From NCBI GenBank assembly GCA_036172245.1, contig JAYWIR010000024.1, positions 1,116,001 to 1,180,000 on the forward strand: a stretch of 64,000 nucleotides of DNA, in the 5' to 3' direction. The translations under genes and the position numbers were made by a program. This stretch comes from Raillietiella orientalis. Its lineage: Eukaryota. The notes beneath the pieces are model-generated. The model was not told where the DNA came from. It saw nothing but the letters and a program-made list of their open reading frames with translations, and did no database searches. Shown in pieces: positions 62,866-64,000 of this stretch. Position 1 is the first letter of the stretch. Each line of letters begins with the position of its first letter.

Positions 62866-64000
62866 GTTGTGAATGGCAGCGCACTTGAAAAAGACAAACG
62901 GAGAGAATGCTTTTCATCCAGCGACCGCCGCCCGGATTGGCTGCTTATCGCCGAAGGAAGGAGGAAAGTGCCTTCCGATCCCCAGCCGATGGTTTTTTTC
63001 ACGCGATGAAGATCAACCCCCGGCCACCGAGATTCAGGCGAGCTCGCTTTTGCATGGGTGGTTCTCCGCGTTATGGCATTCCGGGAAGATTGCAGCCACT
63101 CTTTTCCGTAAACACAATCAGAGGCGAGATCACTGTAATAACGGACCCCTTTACAGGGCTTTGGTCGAGGTCGGTGAAAATTTCGCGACCATGCAAATTT
63201 CCGACCGACCTCTCGCTCTCCGAAAGCCTGCTAGTTGGGGAGACGGAGCGAAGATGTCGCTGGTGCAGGGCTCATCCCTACATTCTCTTCCTCGGTTCTT
63301 CCGCTCAATTTTTGGGTTGTGACCGAAAGCAATTATGAAGCACACAGTATGGGGAAAGAAATTCCTTGACCGTATCTGTTCGAGAAATGAATGTGAATTG
63401 CTCTGTAGGCTCGGTGCTTTGTTTGACTCTTGAGATCAAAAGCGGTGCCTCTTCTCGCTAAGAGAGCAAGGACACGGAAAACAGAAACACCATTTGAAAG
63501 CGTGTAGATGGATGTTTTTTGCTTTTCACAAGTATGTCAGTTTTACATGTAGCGAGACAAATGGAAGGTCTTTTAAGGGCACGGAGAGCTTGAATGCCTT
63601 TCGCTCCCAACGAAAATAGCGTGACGAAATCATTAACCTTGGTAAACCAAGTTGTCTCTTAGAATTGAAGACTGCACTGACCACGAAAGAACGTGTAGTA
63701 GAAATAAAGTGGATCAACATCTTGGATGTGTGTACGAGTATGCGTGGAAGTTTTCTCTTTCTGTCGCCCTCTTCTTCTTTGTTTTTGTTTTTTGTTTTTT
63801 TTTTTGTTTTTTTTCCCCCCCCCCCCTTTTTCTTGCTTTCTAGGAATTCAGTCTGATTTTTCGACTACGTTGTCCAGTGCTAAACAGCTGCATCCGAAGA
63901 CCACCATCTCGGGAATGTCCTCTTTGGCCAACACGCGTGACGTCACCGTTCCCGAGCAAATTCAGGAAAGCCGCCGCTTTCGAGCTCTCTGACACGCGGA

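Noticed and set aside
63844..64000. Possible exon after a strong polypyrimidine acceptor
   Set aside because: No recognisable product and truncated by the window edge; cannot be supported.

Overview
Eukaryotic (invertebrate animal) genomic DNA; no prokaryotic operons, CRISPR arrays, rRNA or intact tRNA genes were seen. Positions 2227-37365 (+) hold the 3' part of a group I metabotropic glutamate receptor gene. I traced 8 exons by hand with consistent phases; the 5' end lies upstream of the window. Its large introns and the region up to ~42.5 kb contain heavily decayed REL-endonuclease (R2/NeSL-like) non-LTR retrotransposon remnants, a ~0.7-0.8 kb tRNA-headed SINE-like family with an internal array of short hairpins, and local duplications. 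At ~43.1-46.6 kb (+) is a strongly degenerate pseudogene of a relaxin-receptor-like LGR (LRR + 7TM). An AT-rich, CpG-depleted island (~48.6-52.4 kb) carries convergent calcipressin/RCAN (+, 4 exons) and pterin-4a-carbinolamine dehydratase/PCBD (-) genes, the latter with a probable spliced N-terminal extension. A possible small spliced ORF lies at 53.7-56.3 kb. All family assignments come from manual motif recognition, not database searches, and most ORFs in the supplied track look spurious.
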